NCBI GenBank assembly: GCA_965200085.1
Contig: OZ241333.1
Coordinates: 547,704 to 611,703, forward strand
Source: Dehalococcoidia bacterium
Lineage (GTDB): Bacteria > Chloroflexota > Dehalococcoidia > Lucifugimonadales > JADFKI01
Reading direction: 5' to 3'
DNA length: 64,000 nt
The position numbers were made by a program, and so were the translations under genes. This document shows, in pieces, positions 25,825 to 35,776 of this stretch. The notes below the pieces were generated by a model, which was not told the DNA's origin, ran no database searches, and saw only the letters and a program-made list of their open reading frames with translations. Position 1 is the first letter of the stretch. Each line of letters starts with the position of its first letter.

Positions 25825-27429
25825 TCAGTCGCCGGCTGATAATGCCCTGAGTTGGCGCGTACTCTGCTCAATTTCAGGAATCGATGGAATCTCGTTAGAA
25901 GTGGAGATCCCTAATTCTTTGAATCTGCGTGCGGACGGAAACACTCTTGATTCCAAGGAACCTACACTTCTGTTGAAGTGCAACACAGTCTGGTTTAGGG
26001 AACCTCGCACCTTTTCCATGTGAGTCCCGAATGTGTATAACCTGTTATGGAGCTCTTTCCCTAACTCACCTATTTTCTTAGCTTCCTCTTCAATCTGTGC
26101 CTCCTTCCATCCCATTGCAACGGCTTTTAACAATGCCATAAGCGTATTTGGCGTAGCGATAATTACATTGCGCTGCATTGCCCAGTCAAGTAAATCGCGA
26201 TCCTTCTCTAAAGCAGGTTGAAGCAGGAATTCGCCGGGCAGAAACATCACGACGAAATCGGGCGATCTTTCGAAAATCTTTTGATAAGATTTTTGAGCTA
26301 ACCCGCTGGCGCGATCTTTCACTTGCTTAGCGTGCTTTTCTATGGCTAATTCTCGTTGTTCCGGTGTATCAGATTCAATTGCTGTTAGATAAGCGTCCAT
26401 AGGTGTTTTAGCATCAATCACAATGGTGCGTTCATTTGGCATGCGTACCACCATATCTGGACGATCGTTCCTACCGTCATTAGAAGTAACACTAACCTGT
26501 TCCTCATAATCACAGTAACTCGACATACCAGCCAACTCCACTACTCGGCGGAGCTGCATCTCACCCCACGAACCGCGCACTTCCGGGCGTTTGAGAGCAT
26601 TAGCAAGGTTGCGTGTCTCTTCGGTCAGTGCGTTGCTGTTCTTAGCAAGCGACTCCAACTGCTGCGTCAAGCTGCCCTGCGACTCTGCGCGCGCCGTCTC
26701 AATGCGCTTAAGTTCATCGGACAGCGGCTTCACCAGTTCGTTTACAGCATCTTTGCTTAGGGAGAAGTCACTTTTCGCCTGCTTGACTAGCGTGCCAATC
26801 TTCTCATCGGCAGCTTTTATGAAAGCATCATTGTTCTGACTAAGCGCATCATTCACCATAACTTGAAACTGCGTTTTCAAAGTCTTTTCTATGTCGGTTT
26901 GTTCGTCAAGTCGCTTGTTGGCAGCATCCAGCTTGGCGCTGAGTTCAGCGTTTTCTGTCTCGGCAACTGATGCTTTTTTCTGCCAGTCCGCTACCTGTGC
27001 CTCGAGTCCACTCTTTGTTTCCGCAAGTTCATTAACGCGCTTTGTAGATGCGCCTAGCTGAGCTTGAAGTTCAGTCCGAACATTGTCAATTTCTGTGGCA
27101 TGTTTACGCCAATGTTCGACCTGTTCTTGCAGATTGCCGTTTGCCTGTTCAACACTATCAAAGCGTTCCTGCGATGCTTGAGACCTTTCCTGAAGTTGCA
27201 CAACCAACTTTTCTTGCTTTTCGGCTCTGGCGCGCTGTGTATCCGCCTCACGTTTATGCCCGTCGGATATGCGATTCAATTCATCAAGATTCTTCTGGCT
27301 CGCATCTAGTTGAACGCGCAGTTCAGCATCGCTGCTGCTCGACTTGGGCTTCACTATCTGCATAATCAGAGCGCCGATCACGGCTCCAGTTATCAGCCCA
27401 AAGCCAATCCAGACAAGCGTTTCCATCAC
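25825..27429 (-). CDS. rmuC: DNA recombination protein RmuC
   Basis: It has an N-terminal TM helix, a long Q/E-rich coiled coil, then RPDMVVRMPNERTIVIDAKTP and FVVMFLPGE, typical of RmuC. Confidence 0.88.
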   Translation of the reverse strand: MMETLVWIGFGLITGAVIGALIMQIVKPKSSSSDAELRVQLDASQKNLDELNRISDGHKREADTQRARAEKQEKLVVQLQERSQASQERFDSVEQANGNLQEQVEHWRKHATEIDNVRTELQAQLGASTKRVNELAETKSGLEAQVADWQKKASVAETENAELSAKLDAANKRLDEQTDIEKTLKTQFQVMVNDALSQNNDAFIKAADEKIGTLVKQAKSDFSLSKDAVNELVKPLSDELKRIETARAESQGSLTQQLESLAKNSNALTEETRNLANALKRPEVRGSWGEMQLRRVVELAGMSSYCDYEEQVSVTSNDGRNDRPDMVVRMPNERTIVIDAKTPMDAYLTAIESDTPEQRELAIEKHAKQVKDRASGLAQKSYQKIFERSPDFVVMFLPGEFLLQPALEKDRDLLDWAMQRNVIIATPNTLMALLKAVAMGWKEAQIEEEAKKIGELGKELHNRLYTFGTHMEKVRGSLNQTVLHFNRSVGSLESRVFPSARRFKELGISTSNEIPSIPEIEQSTRQLRALSAGD

Positions 27430-27568
27430 TAATCCCTTCTTTGCTAATTTGAGAATATAATTAGTAGCCAGCGGTCAGACTTCACGACCACACAGTAGAA
27501 TATAGAACGTCATCTGCCCCGCTGACTAACTTGAATATCGCTAACGCTAACTATAAATACACAGAAAT

Positions 27569-28459
27569 CTACCTCTGTCGGATGAACTTCTGTATCCGCT
27601 GCCCTTCCAGTACCTCGCCCACATAAATGTCGCCGTGCGAGTCTATCGCCATGCCGTGCGGCGCATAGAACAGTCCCGGCTCGTGGCTGTGCTCGTCGCC
27701 CCAGCGCGCCAGAAGGTTGCCCTCGCCGTCTATAATGCTGACGCGGTGCTGCAGCTCCGGCACATATATCTCGCCGTCCGGCCCGAACGCCACAGAAGTC
27801 GGCTGCTGGAAGCCCTCCCACATGAACTGAAACTCGCCATTCTCGTCGAAGACCTGTATCCGATGGTTCTCGCGGTCCGCAACAACCACTCTGTTCTCTG
27901 AGTCAATGCCAATCCCGTGCGGCAGGTGGAAGTCGCCGGGGTTAACCTTTCCGGGCAAGCCCCAAGAGTTCATCAGAGAGCCGCTGGAGTTGTAGTGATG
28001 CACACGGCAGTTGCTGTAACCGTCCGATATGAACAGATCTCCGTAGCTGCCTATCGCAATGCCGGTGGGCATGTTAAAGGGATTGCCGGGCTTTTCTACT
28101 AGGAAACGCTGGCTCTGCTCGCCGGTGTCCGAGGGCATGTCGCGTGTGCCCAGCGTCAGTAGCAGATTGCCTTCTGCGTCTCGTTTTTCAACCACATGCG
28201 AATCTCGATCCGCCAGATACACATTGCCGTCATCGTCCACGCAGACGCCGTGCGGCTCTTTGTGCTGCAAGTCCCAGGAATCCAGGTAGTTGCCCTCTCG
28301 GTCAAATATCACCAAGTTGTGAGTGCCCCGGTTATAGACGAACACATTATCGTCCTTGTCCACCGCGACATCTGCAACCTGCTTGAACTCAAAGCCATCG
28401 GGCAGTTGCCCCCATCCCTCTGCAACCTCATACATATAATCGCCACTTCCGAATGCCAT
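27569..28459 (-). CDS. NHL-repeat beta-propeller protein
   Basis: It has six repeats of the type V.VD.DGN.YV.DR.NHR. (e.g. GVCVDDDGNVYLADRDSHVV, GIGIDSENRVVVADRENHRIQVF). The likely start is MAFGSGDY at 28459. Confidence 0.8.
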   Translation of the reverse strand: MAFGSGDYMYEVAEGWGQLPDGFEFKQVADVAVDKDDNVFVYNRGTHNLVIFDREGNYLDSWDLQHKEPHGVCVDDDGNVYLADRDSHVVEKRDAEGNLLLTLGTRDMPSDTGEQSQRFLVEKPGNPFNMPTGIAIGSYGDLFISDGYSNCRVHHYNSSGSLMNSWGLPGKVNPGDFHLPHGIGIDSENRVVVADRENHRIQVFDENGEFQFMWEGFQQPTSVAFGPDGEIYVPELQHRVSIIDGEGNLLARWGDEHSHEPGLFYAPHGMAIDSHGDIYVGEVLEGQRIQKFIRQR

Positions 28460-28728
28460 ATTATTGACCTCCCATCTCAATGATTTGGCTCAGCTGCAAG
28501 GGCATGGAAGCCAAGCCCGCAACCATACACTCGAGCACACACTAATTTTGAGGTCAATATACGAGGTTTAGGCGAGAAGGGTCAAGTGAGTAATGCGACA
28601 GAAGCGAAGACAATAGGATATACGGCACAAACAAAATGAAAGAATCCCCCCCCCAATAAAGGGATGCCCCGCATCGTCCCGTGTATCCTGCTATTTCACT
28701 TTTGTGTGAATTAGAGGTATTAGATGCG

Positions 28729-29736
28729 TTAGAGGCGATACGCCTTCACAGCAGTGTCATGGAAGAGAGACGCCTTTTCGCTGTCTGAGAAGTCGGCGAC
28801 GATGCGCTTGAACGAATTCCACATCACATTGTAAGAGTAAGAAGCCTTGTCCACCGGAAAGTTACTCTCGAACATGCTGCGCTCCACGCCGAACTGCTCG
28901 ATGACATACAGGTAGTATGGCGCAGTGGCTTCCGCAAGCTCGACCGAACCAGGCGGGACATCGCGTTCGTGCCAGCCGTTGCCATAGTTCGGCATGCCGC
29001 ACCCGCCGACCTTCACGAACACATTCTCACTCTGCGCTATCTCCGCAATGCTGCGCTTCCAGACCTCCATCACCTCTTCGCGCCTGCCCGCATAGGGACC
29101 GACGCCCAGTGGTGCGCCGATGTGGTCTAGGATGATTATCGTGTCCGGAAACGAGCGCGCGAGGTCATTGAGTTCGCCGAGCTGCGGATGAAAGAGCCAC
29201 GCGTCGAAACTAAGTCCCAGCTTTTGCAGCTCCGCGAACCCCTCGCGGAACTTGGGTGTCATCATGACGCCGGGTCCCTGATCGCGGTATGCCGGAATTA
29301 CCGGGCTTGGATCGTGCGAAGTGCCGTGCCGAATGCCGCGAAACCTGCCCTTACCCAGCTCGATATGCGCCTCAAGCACCTCCGCCACCGCCTCCCCGAG
29401 CGTCAGGTCTGCGTGGCTCGCAATCCCCGCATTGATGTTCGTATGCACATCAGCGCGCGCTGCGGCTTCCTCCGCCACCGCCGCTACAAACTCCGTCTCC
29501 CCCAGCGGCTTCAAATGTTCAGGACCATCAGTGCGATACATAGATGAACATTCGAGAAAGACAGTGCTGACGATATTATGCCCGGAAGTGGTGTCGCGGA
29601 GCAGGTCATCGAGCATATAATTATTGCCCGGGCGTTCCCAAAGGTGGTGGTGCGGGTCGCATATCGGCAGGTCAGGGTCGATTGGTTCCTCAGTAATAAG
29701 TTGCAGCCAGTCTTCGCGCGGGGCAGCCATAACCAT
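28729..29736 (-). CDS. Amidohydrolase-2 family metal-dependent hydrolase (TIM barrel)
   Basis: It has CDPHHHLWE (the HxH metal site), IILDHIGAP, and an F.SNFPVD-type C-terminus. Confidence 0.8.
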   Translation of the reverse strand: MVMAAPREDWLQLITEEPIDPDLPICDPHHHLWERPGNNYMLDDLLRDTTSGHNIVSTVFLECSSMYRTDGPEHLKPLGETEFVAAVAEEAAARADVHTNINAGIASHADLTLGEAVAEVLEAHIELGKGRFRGIRHGTSHDPSPVIPAYRDQGPGVMMTPKFREGFAELQKLGLSFDAWLFHPQLGELNDLARSFPDTIIILDHIGAPLGVGPYAGRREEVMEVWKRSIAEIAQSENVFVKVGGCGMPNYGNGWHERDVPPGSVELAEATAPYYLYVIEQFGVERSMFESNFPVDKASYSYNVMWNSFKRIVADFSDSEKASLFHDTAVKAYRL

Positions 29737-30065
29737 ACGGACGTCTCCTATTCTAATGCTGATTAGATGTCAGCCCGTCATTATTCAGCAAATCGGGCGA
29801 ACATCCTATATGCTATGCCTATATGAGTGAATTAACCATGTATTAGCTTCGTATATTAACTTTCCCGTCAGACATACCATGCCCTATCTCCTCCGAGAGA
29901 GTTTGGCGCATTATAACATGCCCAATACGGCATATATTCACCGTAATCAAGAGCGCCAATTTTCCTGATGCCACTTTACATATCATTGAATCTCGTCTAA
30001 ACTCTGGCAATCCGGCTGTAAATTAAACGATAACCAAGCCAACATCAATTAGGGAGGTGAAAGTT

Positions 30066-30215
30066 ATGCCAAAAGGAAGTATCCCTAAGCGTGAGGCTAA
30101 GAAGCGCAAGAAGAGCGCACAGAAGCGAGATACCTACGCATCTTCCGTCGTTGCTGTGGATACGGTGGAAGTGGTGGGCAAGCGTCGCAAGCGCAAAGTC
30201 GAAGCAGACTTCTAG
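30066..30215 (+). CDS. Small highly basic protein (49 aa), not in the ORF track
   Basis: Hand translation gives MPKGSIPKREAKKRKKSAQKRDTYASSVVAVDTVEVVGKRRKRKVEADF*. A strong Shine-Dalgarno AGGGAGGTGA lies 5-6 nt before the ATG. An imperfect hairpin GGCGCAGGAT..ATCTTGCGCC lies downstream. Confidence 0.45.
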   Translation: MPKGSIPKREAKKRKKSAQKRDTYASSVVAVDTVEVVGKRRKRKVEADF

Positions 30216-30308
30216 CCCATTTGTACAAATGGCGCAGGATTCACCAATGGCAATCTTGCGCCACTCATTTCAGCCTATACGGCTTTAATTAAGACTGCCC
30301 GGACAAAA

Positions 30309-31022
30309 CTACCCGGACAAATATCCCTTCAGCAGCGGCAGCAGCTCCGGCAGCTCTGCGATGCGTGGTTGCGCCGTGTAGTCCTTGTGGTTGCCGTCTC
30401 TGTCTAGCAGCACAGCGTTAATGCCGACATTCACAGCGCCCTCTATGTCCGACGCAATCTGATCGCCTACATGCACGGCGTTTTCCGGCTGCGCTCCGGC
30501 GCGCTCCAGCGCACGCTCGAATATCAGCGGGCTTGGCTTCTCTGCGCCCACTTCTTGCGAAGTAATCGAGAAGTCGAGATGAGGCAGCAGCCCCAGGTTG
30601 TCCGCCAAAGATTGGCCGCTCTGGTTTATATTGCTTATAAGCCCGATAGTCAATCCCATCTGTCTGCATGCCCCTAGGGTCGGTATCGTATCGTCAAACA
30701 GAGCAAGTCCGTATTCAATCTGCCGTATGCGTCGCCAAATCTGCCCCGCCAGCTCCTGCGATACCTCCACACCCGCCCCGCGCAGCACTCGCCGCTCATA
30801 CTCCGCGAAGAACACACGCATCTCATCCCGCCCCAAACTTCGCAGGGGCTTCGTCGCATTCTGCTCTGACATAAACGCGTCCGCGAGATAGTAGCCTCGC
30901 AGTATTCCATCAGGTGTTACACTGATATCGAAGTCGGCGAGCGCCTCGGACTGTATCTCATATCGCGAAGGGCGAAACCCTGCCAGTGTGTTATACAAAT
31001 CGAAGAAGACGGCAGTTATCAT
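30309..31022 (-). CDS. HAD-superfamily hydrolase
   Basis: Motif I is AVFFDLYNTLAG. It also has LISN and KP...HVGDQIASDIEGAVNVG. The likely start is MITAVFF at 31022. Confidence 0.8.
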   Translation of the reverse strand: MITAVFFDLYNTLAGFRPSRYEIQSEALADFDISVTPDGILRGYYLADAFMSEQNATKPLRSLGRDEMRVFFAEYERRVLRGAGVEVSQELAGQIWRRIRQIEYGLALFDDTIPTLGACRQMGLTIGLISNINQSGQSLADNLGLLPHLDFSITSQEVGAEKPSPLIFERALERAGAQPENAVHVGDQIASDIEGAVNVGINAVLLDRDGNHKDYTAQPRIAELPELLPLLKGYLSG

Positions 31023-31150
31023 AAAATCTACATCCACTCGGTATTTCAACCCGCTAGTCTGGTTAACCTATTAACATCCTATATCTATCATTCGTGCCAT
31101 GTTACCTTATTATCAGCACACTGACGAACTAACACACCGAAAGAACTCTC

Positions 31151-32176
31151 ATGCTTGCCGGCAAACTACCGCTTGAACTGCTTTCACGGCTACTGTCCGA
31201 CATCGAAGTGCGCGATCCTCGCGTAGCTCTGGGCGCGCGCGCAGGCGAAGACGCCGCGCTCATCGACATGGGCGATCGCTACCTCGTAACCAAAACAGAC
31301 CCTATCACCTTCGCGACTGACCTCATCGGCTGGTATCTGGTGCAGGTGAACGCAAACGACCTAGCCTCAATGGGCGCTGCCCCGCGCTGGCTGATGGCGA
31401 CACTGCTCCTGCCTGAAGGCACCACCGAAAAACAGACGGAAGCGATATTCACTCAGCTTCTGGAAGCCTGCAGCTCGCTCGGCGTTACCCTCATCGGCGG
31501 CCACACAGAGATAACCTACGGCCTGCCGCGCCCAATCGCCATGGGCGCTATGCTTGGCGAAGTGGCGAAAGACAAAGTTGTGCTGACTTCCGGCGCCCAG
31601 ATAGGGGACAGCATCGTTCTTACGCAGGGCGTCGCAATCGAGGGCACATCCATACTCGCGCGAGAGGCGGAAGCCATCCTGTCAGCCAAAGGCGTGCCTC
31701 AAAGCATCATTGAAAGCGCAAAGTCGCTCCTGTTCACGCCGGGTATCAGCATAGCCTCAGCAGCAAAGATAGCGTGCGAAAGCGGTGGAGTTAATGCGAT
31801 GCATGATCCCACTGAGGGCGGAATCGCCACTGCGCTGCTAGAACTCGCCACCGCCGCAAATGTCGGATTGAGTATTCACGCAGACCGGATACCCATACTG
31901 CCCGAGTGCCGCGCCATCTGTGAGGCGCTTTCGTTAGATCCCCTCGGACTCATCGCATCAGGCGCGCTTCTCGCAACACTGCAGCCACCCGACGCCGAGC
32001 GCCTCGTCGCCGCGCTGAGCAGAGAAGGCATTCCGGCTGCAATAATCGGCAGCGTCGTCCCTCTGTCTGATGGCAGGCGTCTCATCTCGGGCGGCGCAGA
32101 ACTTCCGCTACCAGTCTTCCCCCGCGACGAGCTTGCGCGCTTCTTCGCCGACGATAATGATTTAGATGACGCGTAA
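31151..32176 (+). CDS. AIR-synthase-related (PurM-fold; HypE/ThiL-like) protein
   Basis: It has GEDAALIDMGDRYLVTKTDPITF, NANDLASMGAAPRWL and LIGGHTE, typical of the PurM-like ATP-binding fold. There is no N-terminal Cys/Sec loop. Confidence 0.75.
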   Translation: MLAGKLPLELLSRLLSDIEVRDPRVALGARAGEDAALIDMGDRYLVTKTDPITFATDLIGWYLVQVNANDLASMGAAPRWLMATLLLPEGTTEKQTEAIFTQLLEACSSLGVTLIGGHTEITYGLPRPIAMGAMLGEVAKDKVVLTSGAQIGDSIVLTQGVAIEGTSILAREAEAILSAKGVPQSIIESAKSLLFTPGISIASAAKIACESGGVNAMHDPTEGGIATALLELATAANVGLSIHADRIPILPECRAICEALSLDPLGLIASGALLATLQPPDAERLVAALSREGIPAAIIGSVVPLSDGRRLISGGAELPLPVFPRDELARFFADDNDLDDA

Positions 32177-32319
32177 GATTTATGTGATGTATGTAAGGTA
32201 AGGGGCTAGGGCGTATCTCTTTTTCCAGTCGTTTCGATTTTCTTTCTGGTTAGACTCAGTCGCGGGAAAATCTCTCGGTTTTCCATATCAGGATGCTTCT
32301 ATGAATATATGATTTCTGC

Positions 32320-32586
32320 CTATTTATTATTGTGAATATCTTCGGAATTGCCGTACTGCTCAATAGCATCAGCAATATCCCTGCCCACAGCCTCCCAATC
32401 CGACGCAATCGCGCGCGCATCCGCCTCTTTCGCGTCCTTGCCGCCGGGACGGTAGTGATAAGTATTGAGCGTGCCCCCAAAATCAAACAGACGCGCTATG
32501 CCAGTTAAAAAGGACGGTCTGGCATATACGAATGTGCCTCTATATATTCTGTTGTTCCTTCGTCTTCTGTTTATTAGTTTCGCCAT
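32320..32586 (-). CDS. Small hypothetical protein in an AT-rich islet
   Basis: The ORF reads MAKLINRRRRNNRIYRGTFVYARPSFLTGIARLFDFGGTLN...SDWEAVGRDIADAIEQ. I can name no domain. The start was chosen at the internal Met. Confidence 0.4.
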   Translation of the reverse strand: MAKLINRRRRNNRIYRGTFVYARPSFLTGIARLFDFGGTLNTYHYRPGGKDAKEADARAIASDWEAVGRDIADAIEQYGNSEDIHNNK

Positions 32587-32752
32587 CTTTATCTTCATCA
32601 GGAGTAACGCCCCTCTGTTAGAAGTCTTTGTCAAACATCATCTTCTACCATTCTATCAGACAACCCTTATCATTCAATCTCCGGCTCTCCCTATGCTATG
32701 CTGATATGAAATATACTCAATTCACACCCGCTCGATTGGAGTTACACGCTAA

Positions 32753-34192
32753 ATGCCCTATCAGTTCAACCGCTTCGCAGTTATCGCAATCTTATTCGCC
32801 GTCGCAGCAGCAGCCCTCATCGCCTGCTCACAGCAGCCTGCAGCTCAGCCCGCACCAACGCCTGCGCCTACAATCGCAGCAGCAGCGCCCCCCACAGCCG
32901 CAGCGCCTCCCGCACCAACGGCAACATCGCAGCCCGCCCCAAGTCCGACCGCAGAAGCCACGCCTGTGCCTACACCCGAACCCACATCTACTCCAACACA
33001 GGAACCTGCCGCCGCTGCGTCCGAAGAAGCCGCCACAGAGACCCATGACGCGATTACTTTCAATCTAAACGAAGAGACTATTGCCCGCTACAAGATAGAA
33101 GAAGTGCTGGCAGGTACCGGCTTTAAGGTCGCCATCGGCGAAACATCAGAAATCACAGGGCGCATCGTGTTCAACGACGACGGCTCAATATCAGCCGACG
33201 ACAGCAGCATCGCGCTGCAGGCAGGCACATTCGTCTCCGACAGCGACCGCCGCGACCGATATGTCCGCGACCGCACGCTCTCCACATCGCAGTACCCGGA
33301 AATAGTGTTTCACCCCATATCAGCCGAAGGACTGCCATCCCCTTTGAGCGATGCAAGCGGTAAAGTCGAATTCACCATCAGCGGCAATCTAACCGTCCTC
33401 GACCAGACGCGCCCTGTAACCTGGGATGCATCGGCAGAGTTCGGGGATGATGATAGTATCACAGGCACAGCCGCCGTAGAGATAACCTTCGAGCAGTTCA
33501 ATATAGACAAGCCCAGAGTAGCAGTCGTCGTTAGCGTCGAGGATACGATACGATTAGAAATAGACTTCGTAGGCAGCCTAGAACGATCCGTCGCAATGAA
33601 CACAGCCGCAGATGAAGAGGGCATCGAGGAGCACATATACGATGTCGACGGGATTGACGACGAAGCCTATGCTCAGATACTGGGCAGCGCAGACGCCCCC
33701 GTAACCGTAGTGGAGTTCTCCGATTTCCAATGACCGTATTGCCGCACGTTTGCCCTCGGGTCAGGGCGACAGATAATCGAAGAATTCGTAGATTCAGGTA
33801 AGGTGCGCTTCGTATATCGCCACTTAATCGTCATCAGCGAGGCTTCCATAATCACCGCGATGGGAGCCGAATGTGCTGCCGAGCAGGACATGTTCTGGCA
33901 GTTCCACGACTCTGTTTTCGAAAACTGGGCAGACGGCAGGCAAAACGGCTTCTCATACACTTGGTCGCTGGACAGAGCAGAAGACCTTGCGTTGGACACC
34001 GCAGAGTTTAGGGAATGCATGGAATCCAGCGAAAACGCATTCGAGCGAGTCAGAGCCAGCCATTTTGACGGCAGAGAGCGCGGCGTCAACTCCACGCCAA
34101 CCGTCTTGATTAATGGCATACGCGTTGGCGGAGACTACGAGGCGTTCCGGCAAGCCATCGAAGATGCCCTTGACGAAAATGATGGCAACTGA
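32753..34192 (+). CDS. Lipoprotein fusing a YceI-like domain to a DsbA-like thioredoxin-fold domain, with an in-frame TGA at the first Cys of the CxxC motif (candidate selenoprotein, or a nonsense pseudogene)
   Basis: Track ORFs 32753..33733 and 33803..34192 are in the same frame, and I found no other stop between them. The sequence reads APVTVVEFSDFQ-TGA-PYCRTF...KVRFVYRHL...AECAAEQDMFWQFHD...GVNSTPTVLINGIRV, the DsbA family pattern with C-P-Y-C becoming U-P-Y-C. The N-terminus has the lipobox AAALIAC, then a PA/PT linker and a YceI-like core (SDSDRRD..YPEIVF). Confidence 0.6.
33750..33769 (+). promoter_or_regulatory. Candidate bacterial SECIS-like hairpin downstream of the in-frame TGA
   Basis: The stem is TTGCCCT/AGGGCGA (5 Watson-Crick pairs plus a G-U and a U-A) with apical loop CGGGTC containing GGU. 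The loop starts 23 nt after the TGA at 33731-33733. Confidence 0.35.
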
Positions 34193-34226
34193 CGGCAATT
34201 GACGCTAATCAACGGTCAGCGCCAAC

Positions 34227-35678
34227 CTACATCGTCTCCGTCATATCCAATCCGCCCTGTCCTTCATCCACATAAGTCGCACTGCCAATGCGCGAGATTG
34301 TCATGTGCTGGCGGTATGTCCCGTTTGCGAGCCTGCGCTCAGCCCTGTGCGTGCTCGTCTGCCAGTCAGCCGCTTCGCCGCCCGCCAGCGCCTCATGCAG
34401 CACACGCCCGTCCATTGCCTCACCCCCGCCTATACCCAACAGCCGCAGAATAGTTGGCGCAAGGTCTATATTCCCGCTTGGGCTTTCAACACGGACGCCC
34501 CTCTTGAAACTGCTTCCCTTAGCAAAAAGCACATTCCGCATCTCATGACGGCTCATGGAGCCATGCTGCCCCAGCTCCGGCGCGCCCCCGCTCGAATAGA
34601 CATAACCCGCATACCCCGCAGCATTAACGCGCGAATCCCCGCGAAAAGACATCGCAATGTCAGGCGCGCGCTGCCCTTCAATCCCGGCGAGCGACGCAGG
34701 CAGAACTCCCTCAATCGTTCCCACAGCATCAGACGCCGCCACTGCGCCGCACCAAGTCTGAGACATAAGCCACACTGCAAGCCTGTTCGCCGTCGCCGCA
34801 TCTGACCTGTGCACATAGAACAGCGCAGACCCGCCATTGGGCGCGACAGTAACACCGCCGGCTTCCTCACCCGGCGGAAAGCCAGCTTCCCACACCAGCG
34901 CCTCAATGTCTATAACTTCAATTATCGTGGAATATCCATGGTCTGACACAACCAACACATCAGCGTCTGCGCCCATACCGCTTTGTTCCAGCCATGCCAT
35001 CAGCCTGCCGAACTCTGCGTCTGCCTCTCGCAGCGCCCGTGTCCCCACATCCGAGCCTACGCCGTGGGCATGCTGTGCGTGATCCGGCTCAGAAAACCAG
35101 ACGAACGCCACCGCAGGTTTGCGCTCCGGAAGCACGTACTCGGTCATGACATCCACCGCGCGCGTCAGCTTGTCTGCGTTGGTCTCTCCTTCCGCAGGCC
35201 ACTCTCCGAAGCGTGTTCTTATTTCACTGTGCAGAGTGCGCGGCAGGCAGAAGTCAGGGTGTATTGTCGCGCCGCCAACGCGTTCGGCGTTCGGATTATG
35301 CACATAAGCATTTCCGCTTGTGCCAGTACCCACGGCGATATACTCGCGCCCATGCTGAAACAGCAGGTCTGCGAGGGTAGGGGACAGCAGAACCGAAGTC
35401 TTGCGCGCGGCTTCGGCAAGGGTCGGCTCCATCGCAGAGAAGGCTCTGTACTCATCGGCATCGCGCATCACCAGCGTATTCGCCGCCAGCCCATGCGCGC
35501 CGGGATGCCGTCCCGTAACCATGCTCGCAGCGTTGGTGCGCGTTACGCTCGGATAGACCGGATGGTGATTGTCAAAGACAACGCCGTCAGCCGCAAACGC
35601 AGACAGGTTCGGCATCAGTTCCGGCGTAACTTGCGCCGGCTGCAGCCCGTCAAATGCAGCAACTAATACAAATCGCAT
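34227..35678 (-). CDS. Alkaline-phosphatase-superfamily protein (type I phosphodiesterase / nucleotide pyrophosphatase-like)
   Basis: It has FDGLQP..TP.MPNL, YPSVTRTNAASMVTG (nucleophile Thr context), SEPDHAQHAHG and VVSDHG. The likely start is MRFVLVAAFDG at 35678. Confidence 0.8.
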   Translation of the reverse strand: MRFVLVAAFDGLQPAQVTPELMPNLSAFAADGVVFDNHHPVYPSVTRTNAASMVTGRHPGAHGLAANTLVMRDADEYRAFSAMEPTLAEAARKTSVLLSPTLADLLFQHGREYIAVGTGTSGNAYVHNPNAERVGGATIHPDFCLPRTLHSEIRTRFGEWPAEGETNADKLTRAVDVMTEYVLPERKPAVAFVWFSEPDHAQHAHGVGSDVGTRALREADAEFGRLMAWLEQSGMGADADVLVVSDHGYSTIIEVIDIEALVWEAGFPPGEEAGGVTVAPNGGSALFYVHRSDAATANRLAVWLMSQTWCGAVAASDAVGTIEGVLPASLAGIEGQRAPDIAMSFRGDSRVNAAGYAGYVYSSGGAPELGQHGSMSRHEMRNVLFAKGSSFKRGVRVESPSGNIDLAPTILRLLGIGGGEAMDGRVLHEALAGGEAADWQTSTHRAERRLANGTYRQHMTISRIGSATYVDEGQGGLDMTETM

Positions 35679-35776
35679 TTCAACATAGCCCCGCTCAGAA
35701 AAAGCTGTCAATCAGCGGTGATATTATTCCCTAATACCCAATCCGCCGCCCAGTCCGAAGTTCATCTCGCCAATCG

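Noticed and set aside
31151-32176. The PurM-fold gene 0.6 kb upstream of the TGA-containing gene might be selenophosphate synthetase (SelD), supporting selenocysteine use.
   Set aside because: It lacks the N-terminal Gly-rich Cys/Sec loop of SelD and looks more like HypE/ThiL-type AIR-synthase-related proteins. It should not be counted as evidence for Sec machinery.
32828-33063. Repetitive GC-rich DNA and ORFs 32828..33046 (-) and 32845..33063 (-) as a repeat element or genes.
   Set aside because: This is the Pro/Ala/Thr-rich linker of the YceI-DsbA lipoprotein. The same kind of low-complexity linker occurs at 2182-2300 and 5280-5404. The antisense ORFs are artefacts.
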